64,000 nt of DNA, from contig OZ316893.1 of NCBI GenBank assembly GCA_973895155.1, positions 25,037,520-25,101,519 on the forward strand. Direction: 5' to 3'. Origin of the DNA: Marsupella aquatica. Taxonomy: Eukaryota > Plantae > Marchantiophyta. Under the pieces are notes generated by a model. The model searched no databases. It was not told where the DNA came from and worked only from the letters and a program-made list of their open reading frames with translations. This document shows, in pieces, positions 51,283 through 64,000 of this stretch. Every line of letters starts with the position of its first letter. Position 1 is the first letter of the stretch. The position numbers and the translations under genes are program-made.

Positions 51283-54200
51283 TGTCGCACCCCTACCCTA
51301 GGCCTTAAATCCGGGTTAGTGTCGTGGTGCGACCTCGACCACCAGTAGGGGTGAGGGTTTGGGCAAGGAGGTGTGTAGTGACCTTCATTAGCCCTAAGTC
51401 GGGCTAAACCGCTATACTTACTGGTATAACACTCGCATAATTCGTACTTGACATAGGTATATTTATTTTCCACCGCTGGAATTTTCCCTCAGTTAGTGAC
51501 GCGGACTAACTCCCGACTTGGGGCTTTTCAAGCCATCGACGTGACAGGAACTTGTGACATGCAATGAGTGGCAATCCCTACCATTAGTCCGCACCCGGTA
51601 CGTCCCTTAAAATGGCGCCTTTGCCCGGACAAAGCATACACACAACACCAGTTACTCTCAGAAACATTAGGGGGAAAAGACTACATTTACTCAGCGAAGC
51701 ATCAGTTTACATGGTTGACTCGACTTCAAAGGGGGTCAGCAGGCCCAACGGCAATCGATGCCCAGTCTCTACGAGGCCCTGCCTCGCACTTGCCCAGCAA
51801 GCTCGACTCTGGCTCTCACTCCTTGGTACGCTCTGACCCTACTCAGGCCGGGACTCCCCGTGCCTCGCCTTTCTTCTGCTGAGATAACTAAGCCTTCTCC
51901 CGCTTCCCATCGCGGAAGGGGAAGCCTAAATACTACCATAGCGGAAGAGAACCGGAGGATACTACCTTTCGGGGTACTACCTACTGACTAACTAACTGCT
52001 GACTACTGGTCGCGCTGCACTGATCGGTTGACCGTCGACTACGAGTGTGCCAACCGGAATGGCAGCGGCCAAGCCTACTGACAAACTCTAGTCCGTTGAT
52101 GGACTCAATCCTATGTTGGCTGATCCTAACTGACCGGCCCTAATTCTTCCTACTGCCGCTAATCGGCGCCTAATGATAGTCATTCTGTCGTTACGCCTAA
52201 CTAAAAGATGCCGCTGACTTAACCGCCTCGTGCGGCGCCTGCTTCTACCCTTCGCTAACTACCCCTTACGTGTGTGCAGTGGTTGGACCAGGGCTGGTCC
52301 CCTTGTCGGGGCGAGACCTCGAGCCGCCTTGATCAGAGGTGGGCCCAGGTTTTCCCCGCTGGAGGACGAGCAGGGTGACGCGGTCCTGCAAAGCCTTGTT
52401 GTCCCGTAATGCTTCCTCCGCCTCGTTTGCAGCTTCATCGGCTTCAGTCTGGAGCCGCGCCACCTCCAAGTTGAGCTGGTCGATGGCGTCGCGATGGACC
52501 TGGTCCTGCGCTAGCAATTTATCTCGTTCAGCGGAGAGACTAGCCACCTGCTGTGCTGCCTGCAGGAATTGTTTGTTGAGGTCGGTCAGGCTGGTAACCC
52601 GAGCCGAAGATTCTGAGCGTAATTGAAGCACGGTGTCGTCCAGCTTCTTGAGTTCGGCCTGCGCTCCGCTTAACTCCTGGGTTAGTCCGTCCCTCTGTTC
52701 GACAGTGCGGACTAAATCCTCGCGGCAGGTCGTTGCCTCTTCCTCGAGGTGCTCTACCAGCATCTGGAGACGCCCGATCTCATTCCCCTTCGCCATGAGT
52801 TCTTCTTCCAAGCGGCTGACGATCCGTGGTTGGTGCTCTAACATGAAGAAGGCTGGCTGAAAGTACGCCGAGACTTGTTGTCCGATGTATGTCGCCAACT
52901 CCCCAGACATAGTCTGGCTAAACTTCTGGACCAGGTCGTAGGCCATGGTCCCCGGGGCTACTTGGTAGTCCTCCATCCTCTCGGGTACCGGTGGTTCCTC
53001 GGCAGGGGCAATGAGCTCCTCCATAGTCAGCGCTGGGGAGGGAAAGGTTTCTTCAGGTGGTGGAGGGATTGGGGGTGGTTGTACTGCAGGTAGCGGAGGC
53101 TCAACGGAAGGAGGCGGTGGAATTTCCACAGGGGGCAGTTGCGGAGTATTAGTCGGGGCTTCCGGCTCGGGGTTTGTCCGAGGGACAGTAGTCCGCGTAG
53201 TCGGGGTTGCCTCCTCTGGGGCGGGGGTGACATTACCCGGGGCTGAGGTGGCCGTATTCTTTCCTCTGGCCTCCCGCCGTGCCTTGTACCAGGCGAGGAT
53301 AATGGCGATATGACTTCCCAAGTAAGTCTTCCCTCCAATAGCCATACCCTGAGCCCGCTTCAGCTCCCCCGAGAATCTTCGGTAGAAGAATTGGGCCCAG
53401 TTTCGTCGTTTGTACTGTTCCACCTGCACTATCGTGCAGAGGAAAATCTCGGATCGTGGCTCAATCATGTGTAGGGTAGTCCGTATGAAGTTAAGCCGCT
53501 CCATACAGGTTAAGTTGGTGCACGCCCCCTGCTTGTATCTGTTGTCCGTCTTACCCTCGGGTTTGAAGTGCCGCGGCGTATACTCCTTATCCCGAATTCG
53601 GATTTCCACCGGCACCGGCCCGGTTGGTAGGCCGAAAATTTGTGTTAGCCGATGCTCCGTGAGTGATAAGGTCTGCCCCGAAACCTTGGTGGTCGACGCA
53701 TCAGTGTCGAAATTGGAGATGAACTCACAAATCTCCTTCGGCCCGGCGGCGCACGGCCTCCATAGTAAGTGGGCGAACCGCTCCAACTGATGCTCCTTGA
53801 GATAGTCCGCATGTTCGAGTTTCTTGATCGCGATCCAGACTACCTCAGGGACGCGGATTACCTGTAATAAGTTGGACTTCGGGTTATCCGGGGGCCGTCG
53901 GGTCTGGTTGGTCGGGGGGTTTGCCGGGGCAGGTGCAGGCGCGGCGTCGGTCCGTGTTGATTCGGGGGCCGTCGTAGTCCTTGACCGCTTACGAGGACGC
54001 TGTTCGAGTTGCGGACTAGCTCGCTCGGAACCCGAAGAACACTCCGCGTTGATTACTGGATGGACTTGGGACTGGTTCGGCGGTACTCCGGTGGTCATCG
54101 GTTGAGGCGCTGGGGTAGCCATATCCCAGTTGAAGGCGTTGGAGCTTTCCCCGAGGAACGTGAGATTATGCGCCGCTTCCCGTTGTCTGCTGATGTCTTC

Positions 54201-55117
54201 TTGGCGCTTTTCGGCTGTGATCTGCTGGTCTAGGTACCCCGGAATCTTGTCGAACTCCGCTTGAGTAAGCCGCTGGTTGCCCTTCAGCTTAAAGAACTTA
54301 GCTGGAACCTCAAGAATCGCCTCTGCTACCGATCTAAGCCCTTCCTCGCTGAGATATAGTTCGGTGATGTAGTCTCGCAGCTCGTTATAGCTAGAATCCC
54401 TGGTGATGGCTGTCCTTTCGCAATTAACCAATGCTACCTTGGTTACCAGCTTCGCGTACCTTCGTTCGTAAGCGGCTTTCTCGGGGCAAGAGTACCAGTA
54501 AGTCTCGGAGAACTTAGCACCTACCTCGCCAAACAAGGTCCAAAATCCCAAGGCTGTGAGAGTCATACTAACCTCGTAGTCCGGTTCGTTGCATCCACGT
54601 TCCCACCTGGCTGGTCCTTTTTTGCGGAGGCCTCGCTCGTCCTGACTAAATCTCGCCACATTCCGCTCTTCTCCCTCGATAATTTCCTCGTAAAGGTCGA
54701 CTGGATTCAATCAAAAAGGTGAGCGGATGGCAGCGTCCATGAATTCCAAAAAGGTAAACGTGAGCGAATGGCCCATAGTGCCATCGGCTCCTCTCTTATG
54801 GGGGTGCCCGGACGAGCCCGAGCGTGAGAAGGTCAGGCCGTTTGGTCATTGATAACGAGCTGAAGTCGGCGTCTAGGTCCAAGCGTGATTCTTCTAACTG
54901 ATTTTTACTCCGCTGCCGCCACCGTACCTCGGTCGTGCGTAATAATCCCTTTCCTGAACTCGTAATTATTTGGTTATCTTAACCTACTCCTAATCTAATC
55001 ATAATGGCACCTTGGCGGCTATACGTGCTATTCTACGCTATGGCTACGGTCCTTATGACCGTATAAGTCCTAATCTTCGACCTGGGTTCGGTCAAGTGAC
55101 ACGTTGCCCGTGTCACA
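51283..55117. mobile_element. GC-rich LTR-retrotransposon (Gypsy-like) derivative lacking visible gag-pol
   Basis: Sharp GC shift. Begins TGTCGCAC, has GTGACA ends at ~51546 and ~55102, and finishes GTGTCACA. Contains a long accessory-type ORF. No TSD was found. Confidence 0.55.
52266..54776 (-). CDS. Retroelement accessory ORF (plant-transposon-like domain, Pro-rich linker, coiled coil); one TGA at 54711-54713 just after the likely ATG
   Basis: 814-codon open frame. Contains ICEFISNF...LSLTEHRLTQIFGLP...RNWAQFFY and a long heptad-rich C-terminus. In-frame ATGs at 54776 and 54740 are cut off by a single stop. Confidence 0.6.
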
Positions 55118-55780
55118 ATTGGCAGATGTAGTGGTGGCAAACCCATTGCGCCAAGACATCATTGGGACAGCGGCAACTACGGCAGGGGCAGCAGCGTCAC
55201 ATGCGGCAACAACGAAGGAGGCCAAATATGCTGCACGAGCTTCATCTGACAGCTTCCTCCCCCTTGCTCTAGAGCTATTTGGGCGTCTTCATCCTCAGTT
55301 TGATGGGCTTCTTCGGCAAGCTGCCCGGGATGTTCATGGCCGCATGGGTCCCACCGGACCCCCGCTTTCTATTTTGACCACGCACTTTCGCCAACGCATT
55401 TCAGTCACCTTGCAGCGTGCTCAAGCTCGGGCCATCTATCATCGATCTCTTACAGTGAGTGCTAGTGTGCCTCCGCAGCGGCTAGCTCCCCTAGAGGATG
55501 TTCCAATCCCACTTGCCGATCTAGTTTTGACCCTTGATGTGGACCAGTAGCTTTTTGCCACATTCGCTAGGAATGATGAGGACCTCGGTCCGCTTGGGTT
55601 AGTTTTAGTCTCTCTTTCTTGGTTTTTAGGGGTTCCCTATTGTTTATTTCTTACTTTTAGTTCCTCTTTCTTGGTGTTTAGTGGTTCCCTTTTGCTCACT
55701 TCTCTTTCGATTGGTTTTGTCCACTTGGGCCCTCTTTTGTTTGTTCATTTGTACTCTGATTGGTCCCTTTGTATATAAAA
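55118..55780 (+). mobile_element. 5'-truncated CRE-clade non-LTR retrotransposon (C-terminal restriction-like endonuclease region and 3' UTR)
   Basis: LADVVVANP...GAAASHAATTKEAKY...FLPLALELFGRLH...FRQRISVTLQRAQARAI, stop at 55550, then a T-rich UTR ending TATATAAAA. Confidence 0.75.
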
Positions 55781-56869
55781 AGTGTGTATATTTGAAACTT
55801 CAACTGTTAATTACTTTGTGACTAAAGATGTTCAAATCGATATACTTTGATATTTTATTTTTACAAATATATCATAATTCTGTATGAAGATCATGAGTTT
55901 AAAAAGGACGGGAATATACAAAAACAGTGACATATTGTAAATTAGAACATCTTAGTGGCAATGTAGTTATATTAAAAGCTGTTCAGCCTTTTTGCGAGAT
56001 GATCTAGGGCTTTTTATAGCTGCTAGGGAGGTGGATTTTTAAATTCAAGGAGACCAGTCATTGGATAGTCATTGATGCTTGTCTGAATCGTCTGCCCAAC
56101 CACTGCCCAGAAAATTGTGATTTTTTCCTTAGTGTAACTAGTCTTGTACCAACCCCGCTTTTGGGTGGAGTTTGTGTAAAAAGGTTTCTGTCTGTAGGTA
56201 TTTTTTGAACTGCACACCTCCGCCTCCACACTCGAGTGGTCTACCACCAGGCCAGAGCCTCCTGGACGAAAGTGCTGGCTGATTCTTGGGTTTTAACCTG
56301 TTATTGTTGTTCACACTTTGGGCAGCATCCCGCAGGCAGCGCATACGGAAAGTCAGAAAAGACTTTCTAAGGACTCATAGCCTTGGATTGTTTGAACAGG
56401 CTTGGAGTGCCTTGAGTTGTTATGAATGTGCCACTAGAGCTACGATCTTCCCTCAAACACAATGTCATGGCCTTGTATTAATTTGAACAATGGATAATGG
56501 GGCGCTCTGTTTGAATAGTGCGCCCAAGGCATTGTATTCAAGTTTTGACTATGTGTTTTCAGTTTTTGTATTTGCAGGGTGTTGTGTTTGAAGATGGACA
56601 TTGTCTTTGAATATTGACATTGTGTTTGAATATTGACATTGTTGTATGATTTTTGAATTTTTTATTGTTTGTGCTCAATGTAGAACAGTTTAGGGTCAAA
56701 TTTCAAACAGAGTGTCCTACTCAAACACAACTCACACCAATATTACACAACACCCGGGCGCTATGTTAAAATAATGTTGTGGTTGAAGAAAAAAATATTT
56801 TTCCTTATGGCGACCTAAAAAAATTCATGTTCGAACACAACGCCTGGGCGCTGTGTTCCGGGGAAGACG

Positions 56870-58400
56870 CTAGACTCAACCTGAGCAAATTGATTTTGAT
56901 CCCTTTGGCACGCTTTGGATGAGATCCCTGATTGGATACAAACTACTGGTTATTCAGAAATATCTAGGCCTATTGCACCGCTTCTGTTTGGACTGTATTG
57001 GTGCAAGGCTCTCATCCTGGTCAAGGAGGTTCCTTCTCTTTGACTGGGAAACTTTTATTGGTTAAGCATGCCTTGAAATCAATTCCGGTATACTCCATGA
57101 TGTTCCCACTATCTCCTTATTCCCTGGCCAAGAAATTGATTGCTCTGAGAAGGGTATTCCAATGGGGTGTTAATAAGCATGCATGGTGGGAAGGGTATCC
57201 CACCCGTTGCTTGCTAAAAGTTGTCCCGTCCTAACCTGGTTGACGATGGCCTTGGTTTGAAACACTTTTGAAGTCATTTGGATGCTCTGTTAAGTAAATG
57301 TTTCCATGGGGCCTTATATCACCCTGAGTCAGATTGATAAAATGGAAGAATTACAAGAATTACTGTTTACAGAAATCTGTGCTCGATGGCAAATAACATG
57401 CTCTCAGTACACCTACATCTTTCTGAAGGCTTTTCTAGAGTGGCCAGGTCCGGAGTGCATGGGGGAACAGGTGCATGAAGACCTGCTTTATTATCCAGGT
57501 ACTGCCCCTATCCCAGGCCATTGGAATGGGGAGTGGAAGACCTGTTACGCTATATGCATCGCTTCTGTGATGTACCAGACGTGACCCTAGTGGAAGTTGT
57601 GAAAGTTTTTGGAAGGCTGGGGATAAGAAGGTATGCAACTTCTGGTCGAATGCAGAGAATGTCTACAAGGATTTGGAGGGTTGGACAAATGCACACATTG
57701 AGAGACTATCGTCCAACCTCCAGACCCACTGTTTATCATTCATGACTGTATAACATGTATAGTTTTGACTTTTGAGTTAAGTGCTTTTGACTCTTCTTCT
57801 AGATAATGGCGATGGCTGGACCTGGACACTGCCACCAAGAGCTTTGGGTTACCAAACCACAAGGTCTGCCAGATGCTCCAGCTGATTTAGGTAGACTTAA
57901 CCAAATCTGGAACGAGACTCTTACAGATTATGGAGTGGAGTGCGGAAAGTAGCCTGGATTGCTGATCTCTCACGCAGGGCTAAGACCTTTAAGTGGAGAC
58001 CCAAGGGCTTTTCTTTGGCTCCATGGCTTTAAATATTGCAAAGTTACATGGTTTATCAACTGGTTTTTGTGTGTTGTGCTCTGGCCAGGTGGAGGCCATC
58101 CCCCACATGTTCCTATTCACTAGACAACTTAAAAAGAAACTCAAGCATGGCTGAACTGTCAACTCATTAGCCATGATTTAAATTTGGTGGGCTTTTGCTG
58201 TTGTCAAAATAGGGGCAAAAGCCTTTGAATACTCGTTGTACATTCTTTCATGCTATATCAGACTTTGTGGTCTATCTAGCTTGCGCACGGAGATAACTCA
58301 TGTTATAGTTATCAGTCATTTCTATCGGTTGACCTGATATTAGTTGTCATGTCATCTCAAAGAGGCCGCTGAGTTTTCAAATTTCTTTCACTGTGTACGG
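56870..58400 (+). mobile_element. Degenerate L1-clade LINE, ORF2 C-terminal half
   Basis: Frameshifted motifs LNLSK..LIP, KYLG, SLTGKLLLVKHALKSIPVYSM, FQWG, GLGL, and zf-RVT-like GFCVLC..VEAIPHMF. Confidence 0.75.
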
Positions 58401-59912
58401 ACACCCATGTCGTCGGGGTGGAGCATAGGGAAGCAGCAAACCCAAGCCAGGATTATGCATCCGGACCAGTCTTCTCCCTTGATGAGTGTCGTGCTTGGCC
58501 TAAGTCGAGCGAACTAACTTCCAACACTAACTAACAATCCTCTTTCTATAGCCCTGGGTTACTAGGCTGCGCACCAACATAAATTGATTACCAAAAATAT
58601 TTCCTGTGACCCTTACACTACTACTACTGCATGGAAAGCCCCTTGGATATTCAAAGAACTTGCCCACCATTGATCAAAGAGTGGTATCAAAGTGCGGATT
58701 ACTTTGCGGAAGGCATCATGGGTATGCATAGTTCTCGTGGTCCTAACCTTTGGCTTTGGAGTCCTTTTTACTGGCTTCCGCACCCGACATCCTATCATGA
58801 AAATATCCGGACCAGGTACAATGCTGTGAAATTGGTCTAGGTTATCCTGGACGTCCACTCAGAGCGCTCTACCTCGTCCAAACCTCCACCAAGTACCTCT
58901 CCACTGCTGACTCCAGGGTCACAAGACGACACTCAATAGCAGAGGTGAGCTTTCCGGCAGTATCTGAACCACCCGGGGGATAGGGAAAAAGGGAGGACTA
59001 CCTCTTTTCCCCTCAGCTACCCCCGGACAGGGCGTACTCTACCTAGTGTAAGGTATGAAAGGCCTTCGTCCGATGGGGGATTCCACAGGACGTTGTCCGG
59101 GTGACCGTGTTTTCTGGCAAGAGCATGTTGGCTCTTTTGAAGTTAACCTTGCATGCTCATAAGTTCTACACTAAAATCAAAATGATAATTCTAGTAACAA
59201 AGGTAGTGGGTATTAAGAAAGGTTCAGGTGAAACTAAAATACTGTTAAACCTTACTTCACCATACTTGCGGACCAACACATCACGAAAATTAGTTTTCTT
59301 ACGACATATGATCCTAATATCTCCAAGAGAAAATGAAACAGGAATATCCTCCGGACTCCTATTCAGATCCATGACTTCAATAAAGGACAAAGATGATGCA
59401 CTCCTACTCCTCTCGGTACGACACCATTGGGTATATTATTGGCTCGTTAGAAACCATAACAACAGTTGCAAACTGAGCTCCAAAATGATAGGTTAGATGT
59501 TGCCTCATAGATGGTTTGTCTAAAAGATGGACTCTAATCAAAAACGGATTACGAAGGGGAAGATCAAGGATAACTCTCTCTCCTGGATTCATGATGACTC
59601 TTTTATTCCTTTGCTATCCGGGCCAAAGGACGCCCCACCCCTATATTTCCAAAGAAACCTTATTCCCTAAGGTCCCATCTATAAGTCTACCACTCATTCT
59701 TTTGCTATCCGGGCCAAAGGACGCCCCACTACTATGTTCAAAGCACAAAATAGCTTCACAACCTTGAATGATAAACACTGCGGAATGAGGAGAGATTGCC
59801 CCTCACCACTTTATTTATAGTGCACACCAAGAGGGTATGGATCAAGCCCAAGCACTTGGATGAAGGCCAAGTGTCAAACATCTAATACCTAAGAGTGTGC
59901 TAGTATTGTTCA

Positions 59913-60163
59913 TAGTTGGTGAAACTACTTTTAGTAGGTGGAACTACCATGCGTTGGTGGAACTACTATGCGTTGGTGGACCTACTATGCGTTGGTGGAC
60001 CTACTGTGCGTTGGTAGAACTACTGTGCGTTGGTAAAACTACTGTACATTGGTAGAACTACTGTGCGTTGATAAAACTACTATAGTTGGTAGAACTACTA
60101 TGCGTTGGTGAATATTATTGTAGTTGGTGGAACTACTCATATGCATTGGTGGAACTACTATAG
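59913..60163. repeat. 19-bp minisatellite, about 13 copies
   Basis: GTTGGTGGAACTACTATGC-like units, head to tail. Confidence 0.92.
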
Positions 60164-60757
60164 TCCGTTAATATAGCTAAAGAAGTTTAATAAAATCTAA
60201 ATTTAATAATCTAACTACCAAATTACTTATATAATCTATAGCATATTAAAACAAACAGTTTTTTATAACTTAAAAGAAAATCACGACAACGTAGACAAGA
60301 GACAAAGCATAGAGATTAAATTCCAGCTAGACCCCTAAGCTCAACTCGACCTTGCTGCTCTTCATCCTTACTCTTGTTGTAGGCGAGACACATGGTCATA
60401 AAATGATTGAGTCATCCGATCTTGACACAGGTTCGGACAGTCTACAATACAGGGGAAAGCAACCTCCTGTTGTCACTATTGTTAGTATTCGAACCTCACT
60501 TCCTCAACAACAATCTCCACTGGGAATTCAACGAGGACTGACGTATTGAAATGGGAATAGAACATTGCACATCAACGCAGATCTGCTTGCAAGAATGCAC
60601 ACTATGTAACTGAATAATGTTCCCCCCTAACCACTTCAGTCTGGGGGTTTAAATACTTTACAATTGGTCCTAAGAAAGGGGGAATGGCCACCTTGATCCT
60701 AACTAACTATTTTTTCTTCCTAACCTAGTTCTACTTGCCGATCCTTCCATCCTCTAT

Positions 60758-63700
60758 TCAAGCAAGTGACGGCCCTAATCCTCTCTCATGTGCGGCCTCC
60801 CACTCGGCTGCCTCTGCATCTCTTGTCACCACTGCATCAATTCGATGGCAAGCCCAACGCTCATGATGCAGCTCATTCCGCTGCCTTAGGCATTGTTCTA
60901 CCCTTTCCCCCAGCGTCTCGCCCGCGACTACCCACCAATTGTGGTACTCTTCATAAATGTTAGTCTCCCATTCCTCCTCCAGCTGGATATCGTCATCCAC
61001 AGTGCAGGATTGGGTTGGTATACCATGATGTACCCCCAAGTGGGCGCTGGTGGTCCTCTGCATCTAATTATGGGGTCCTCCCCTGTGAAGAACTCAGCGT
61101 CTATCAATAAATTGTACATCCACGCGGCTGCTGGTCCTACTGGTCCTGCTCGGCTAAACAACTTCCACATAATAATACCTTTACATTGCATCTCCCCATT
61201 AAGACCCACGTTAACCTCGCCTGCTCATCCGAATCGATCCACTACCTCAATTAAAGAACGCGCAAAATAGTACCATCGGAAGTAGCGGGGGTCCGCAAGT
61301 GAATGCCCGAAAGGATATTGACGTGTCAGGGCATTTATCCATCACCTGAGTTGAGCCAAAAGGCTTGATGGTGGATTGTCCTCATGCTGGGGCAGTTGTA
61401 TCCAAACCTGGGGATCATGCTATCATATCGAGTGATATACAGCTATAGGGTTGGTCTCCAAGTATAGACCAAACCCGTCCTCATCTACAAGTTCTCGAAA
61501 GAACTGATGTGGTGTCCAGAAGGCCGCAAGTCCAAAGTAATTTCCTAATCTATAATTATGTACACTTGCTTCTAGCTATCTAATTACATTCTCCGTAGGG
61601 GTTACCTTTTCCCAAAATGATGTCTTTCTCCCAAATACCCACACGCAAATCAGTCGGATCGAAGGGAAACTTGTCAGTTCAGATAGTATCCCCCGCACAG
61701 GCCACTGCGGCCGGATCCCTACCTAGCTAATAGAAGTGAGTCATGGCAAGGTGACTGAACTGGGGTAAGACAGGAAGGTCTACGAAGCTCATCCACTCCT
61801 TGGATACTATAAGGTGGGAGGTGAAGTAGGGATTGAAGATAACCCTCCTCCCATTCCACTCTGTATTATGCCATCCTGCCGTCTAGAGAAAAGTAACCAG
61901 GCAAGGGAGTGCGTACTTCCCAGAGTTGGTTTGGATCTCCCTTGCCGCCCAGGATTTCATAACTACTTCTACTAAATCAAAGACTTTCCTATGTAATGCT
62001 AAACAATAGAACCAGTGAAGCTTCCGTGCCGGACAGTCGGTTTGCATGGTGTTTGCATCTGCCATCAGCGCTATGTAATGAGGGTGGCCAGCGTGCTCTC
62101 TCTAGTTTGGACAGCAAGATTTACGTGACTCTGCTGTTGGCCATCCCTCCTAATCTAAAGTACAAGTCTTCGGGTTGGGTAAACCTTATAGCTCCCGACC
62201 ATTCGAAGAACAACAGCATAAACCTGATCCGGACTGGGATTTCATGCCATATCTGCTCACAATTGTCTGGACAAATAGCCCTCTTGTTAACTCTTGCTGC
62301 AGCTAAAATAATACGAAAGGTTTCTAAACCTATAGCTTCATCAATTTCAATAGTATTCCGGGATGCTATATTTTGTCCAATGAATATTTTCCACGAGTTT
62401 ATGCTCACCTTCCTGAGTTGCTCTAGCTTTCTCTTGTGCACCGGATCTGCTAGTGCTTCCTTCAACAATTTAGCCGCCGTGGCAACTTCGTCTCTCAAGC
62501 TCTGTACTTCCAGATCCCAGGCCTCGTAGGTATCCTTCGGGATCCGAACTACCTTATCCCATTGCTAGATGAGCTCCTTACCAGCTACATCTTGCAGCCA
62601 TCTTGTCCTTTCCCTCTCTCTTCTTTGTTCTTCTTTCTCTAATGCCGCAACGTATGTCTGCTTCTCCCCCAATTGCCCTTGTAGCTCACAATTTATTTTC
62701 TCCGCTTCTTGGAGCTTATTCTCACACTCCAAAGCCCCTAGTCTGGCTGACACTTCCTTCTCGGCCAGTACTTCCGCAACTTTTCCTTGTTCAGCCAACT
62801 GGTCAACCAGCCGGATTGCCAACTGTTCTCCTTCTCCTACCCTCTGCTCCAGCCCTTCAATTTCCCTCTACAGCTTGTCGGCCTTTTGTTGGGATACATA
62901 GCCACATAATGCATGTTGGGCGGTCACCTCCTTCAAATCTTCACCAAGTTTCCGCCAGATGCTCTGTTCACGTCGTAGCTGCTGGTCTCTTCGCTCAAGG
63001 GCTGCTTTTGCCTTATGGACCTCAGTTTGTAGGTCCGCTTCCCCTTCTTTGGCAGTGGCCATGCGGTGGCCCCATTCTTCCTCCTTGTCAGCCTACTGCT
63101 TTTGCAGCTTCTCTCTCTCCTGCTGAGCCTTTCCTAGCTTGATCTTTAGAGCTTGTGTCCCAACCTTCTCTGTCCGGACCTCTTCCTGGGCCTGTTGTAG
63201 GGCTGCGGTTGCTTCTTCATATTTCTGCCACTCCTGATCCAGTAATCCTTCTGTTTCCGTCATGTGCTTCATCATAATTTTGTTGGACGCAGACTTCTTC
63301 TATACTTTCTCGAGGAGTCGTGCAACCTTCTCTTCCAATTCGCTCATCTTCTCCGTGTTACAAGTCTTGCCCTTGGACTCCACGACTACTATCCTCGCCA
63401 TCGCCTTGGCCTCTCTCAAATCCCTCAACCAGTAGCGTAGGTCCTTTTTGTTGGGGACTGGCCTCCCTATAAAATCCAGGCGCTGAGCAAAAGTCTTCAA
63501 TTCCACCAGGTTGGTAGTGTCCGGGAGTTTGGACAGTGTGGGTTGTTGGAAGGTGGCTTCCCTCCTTTCTTCTTCTCCTTCTTCCTCTTCGTCTTCTTCA
63601 TCTGGGAGATTCACCGCCCTCCTCTTTCTCTTGAGGCTCTTACACCATTATTCGGCCTGCTCGCTCAGGTTTCGAAGAGCCTCTGCTCTCCCTTTGCTTT

Positions 63701-63830
63701 CTGCATCTGAATTTAGGGGTGCTTCCCCCTCTTCTTCCTCTTCATCATCTTCAAAGTCCTCCTCATTGCATTCTGGTGAATCCACATTGACGTTGGTTGT
63801 GGACCCCAATGCCATCCCAACCTGCGGTAT
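60758..63830 (-). pseudogene. Decayed retroelement accessory ORF (acidic stretch and long coiled coil), probably extending beyond the window
   Basis: A chain of minus-strand ORF fragments (63300-63614, 63093-63275, 62868-63062, 62565-62822, 62121-62498), rich in E/K/Q heptads and broken by stops. Similar in character to the 52-54 kb ORF. Confidence 0.55.
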
Positions 63831-64000
63831 CCCCTAGGCCTCTACTCGATCTTCTGGCTCCGATTCATCTGAGTCTAAATCGTCCGGTGGAGCCCTATGA
63901 ATTGCCTCCTGGGCACCAAACACATTGTGCACTAGAACTCCCAACTGATATGCTAACAATGAAGGGAACTTCGGACAGCCCTTTGAATTGATCATAGCGG

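Noticed and set aside
52339-54233. Plus-strand ORFs overlapping the 814-aa ORF (likewise those opposite SnRK1 beta, the YR and 62-63 kb)
   Set aside because: They are antisense shadows of real coding frames, with S/A/R-biased composition.
55097-55117. Helitron 3' hairpin (GTGACACG-TTGCC-CGTGTCAC)
   Set aside because: No CTRR terminus follows, and the sequence fits LTR-type TG..CA ends better.

Overview
Eukaryotic nuclear DNA from a land plant, most likely a bryophyte such as a liverwort. This is inferred from GT-AG introns, plant-type genes (nsLTP, CBSX6, SnRK1 beta) and a flagellar FAM166-like gene, which implies motile sperm. Host genes: the 3' part of an RBM42-like RRM gene, a small-HSP pseudogene, an intronless SnRK1 beta subunit, a CBSX6-like gene, tRNA-Ser(AGA), an nsLTP and a FAM166/CIMIP2-like gene. 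Intergenic space is filled with MITEs, a tRNA-derived SINE, LINE/CRE/LTR remnants and tandem repeats. The most notable element is an apparently full-length ~3.7 kb Crypton-like DNA transposon (29170-32863). It encodes a spliced DUF3504-type tyrosine recombinase, is bounded by 22-bp subterminal inverted repeats and 6-bp near-identical direct repeats, and is interrupted only by a 4-bp duplication. An unexplained family of non-coding paralogous repeat blocks spans about 14.8-25 kb. All calls come from manual reading; no database searches were run.
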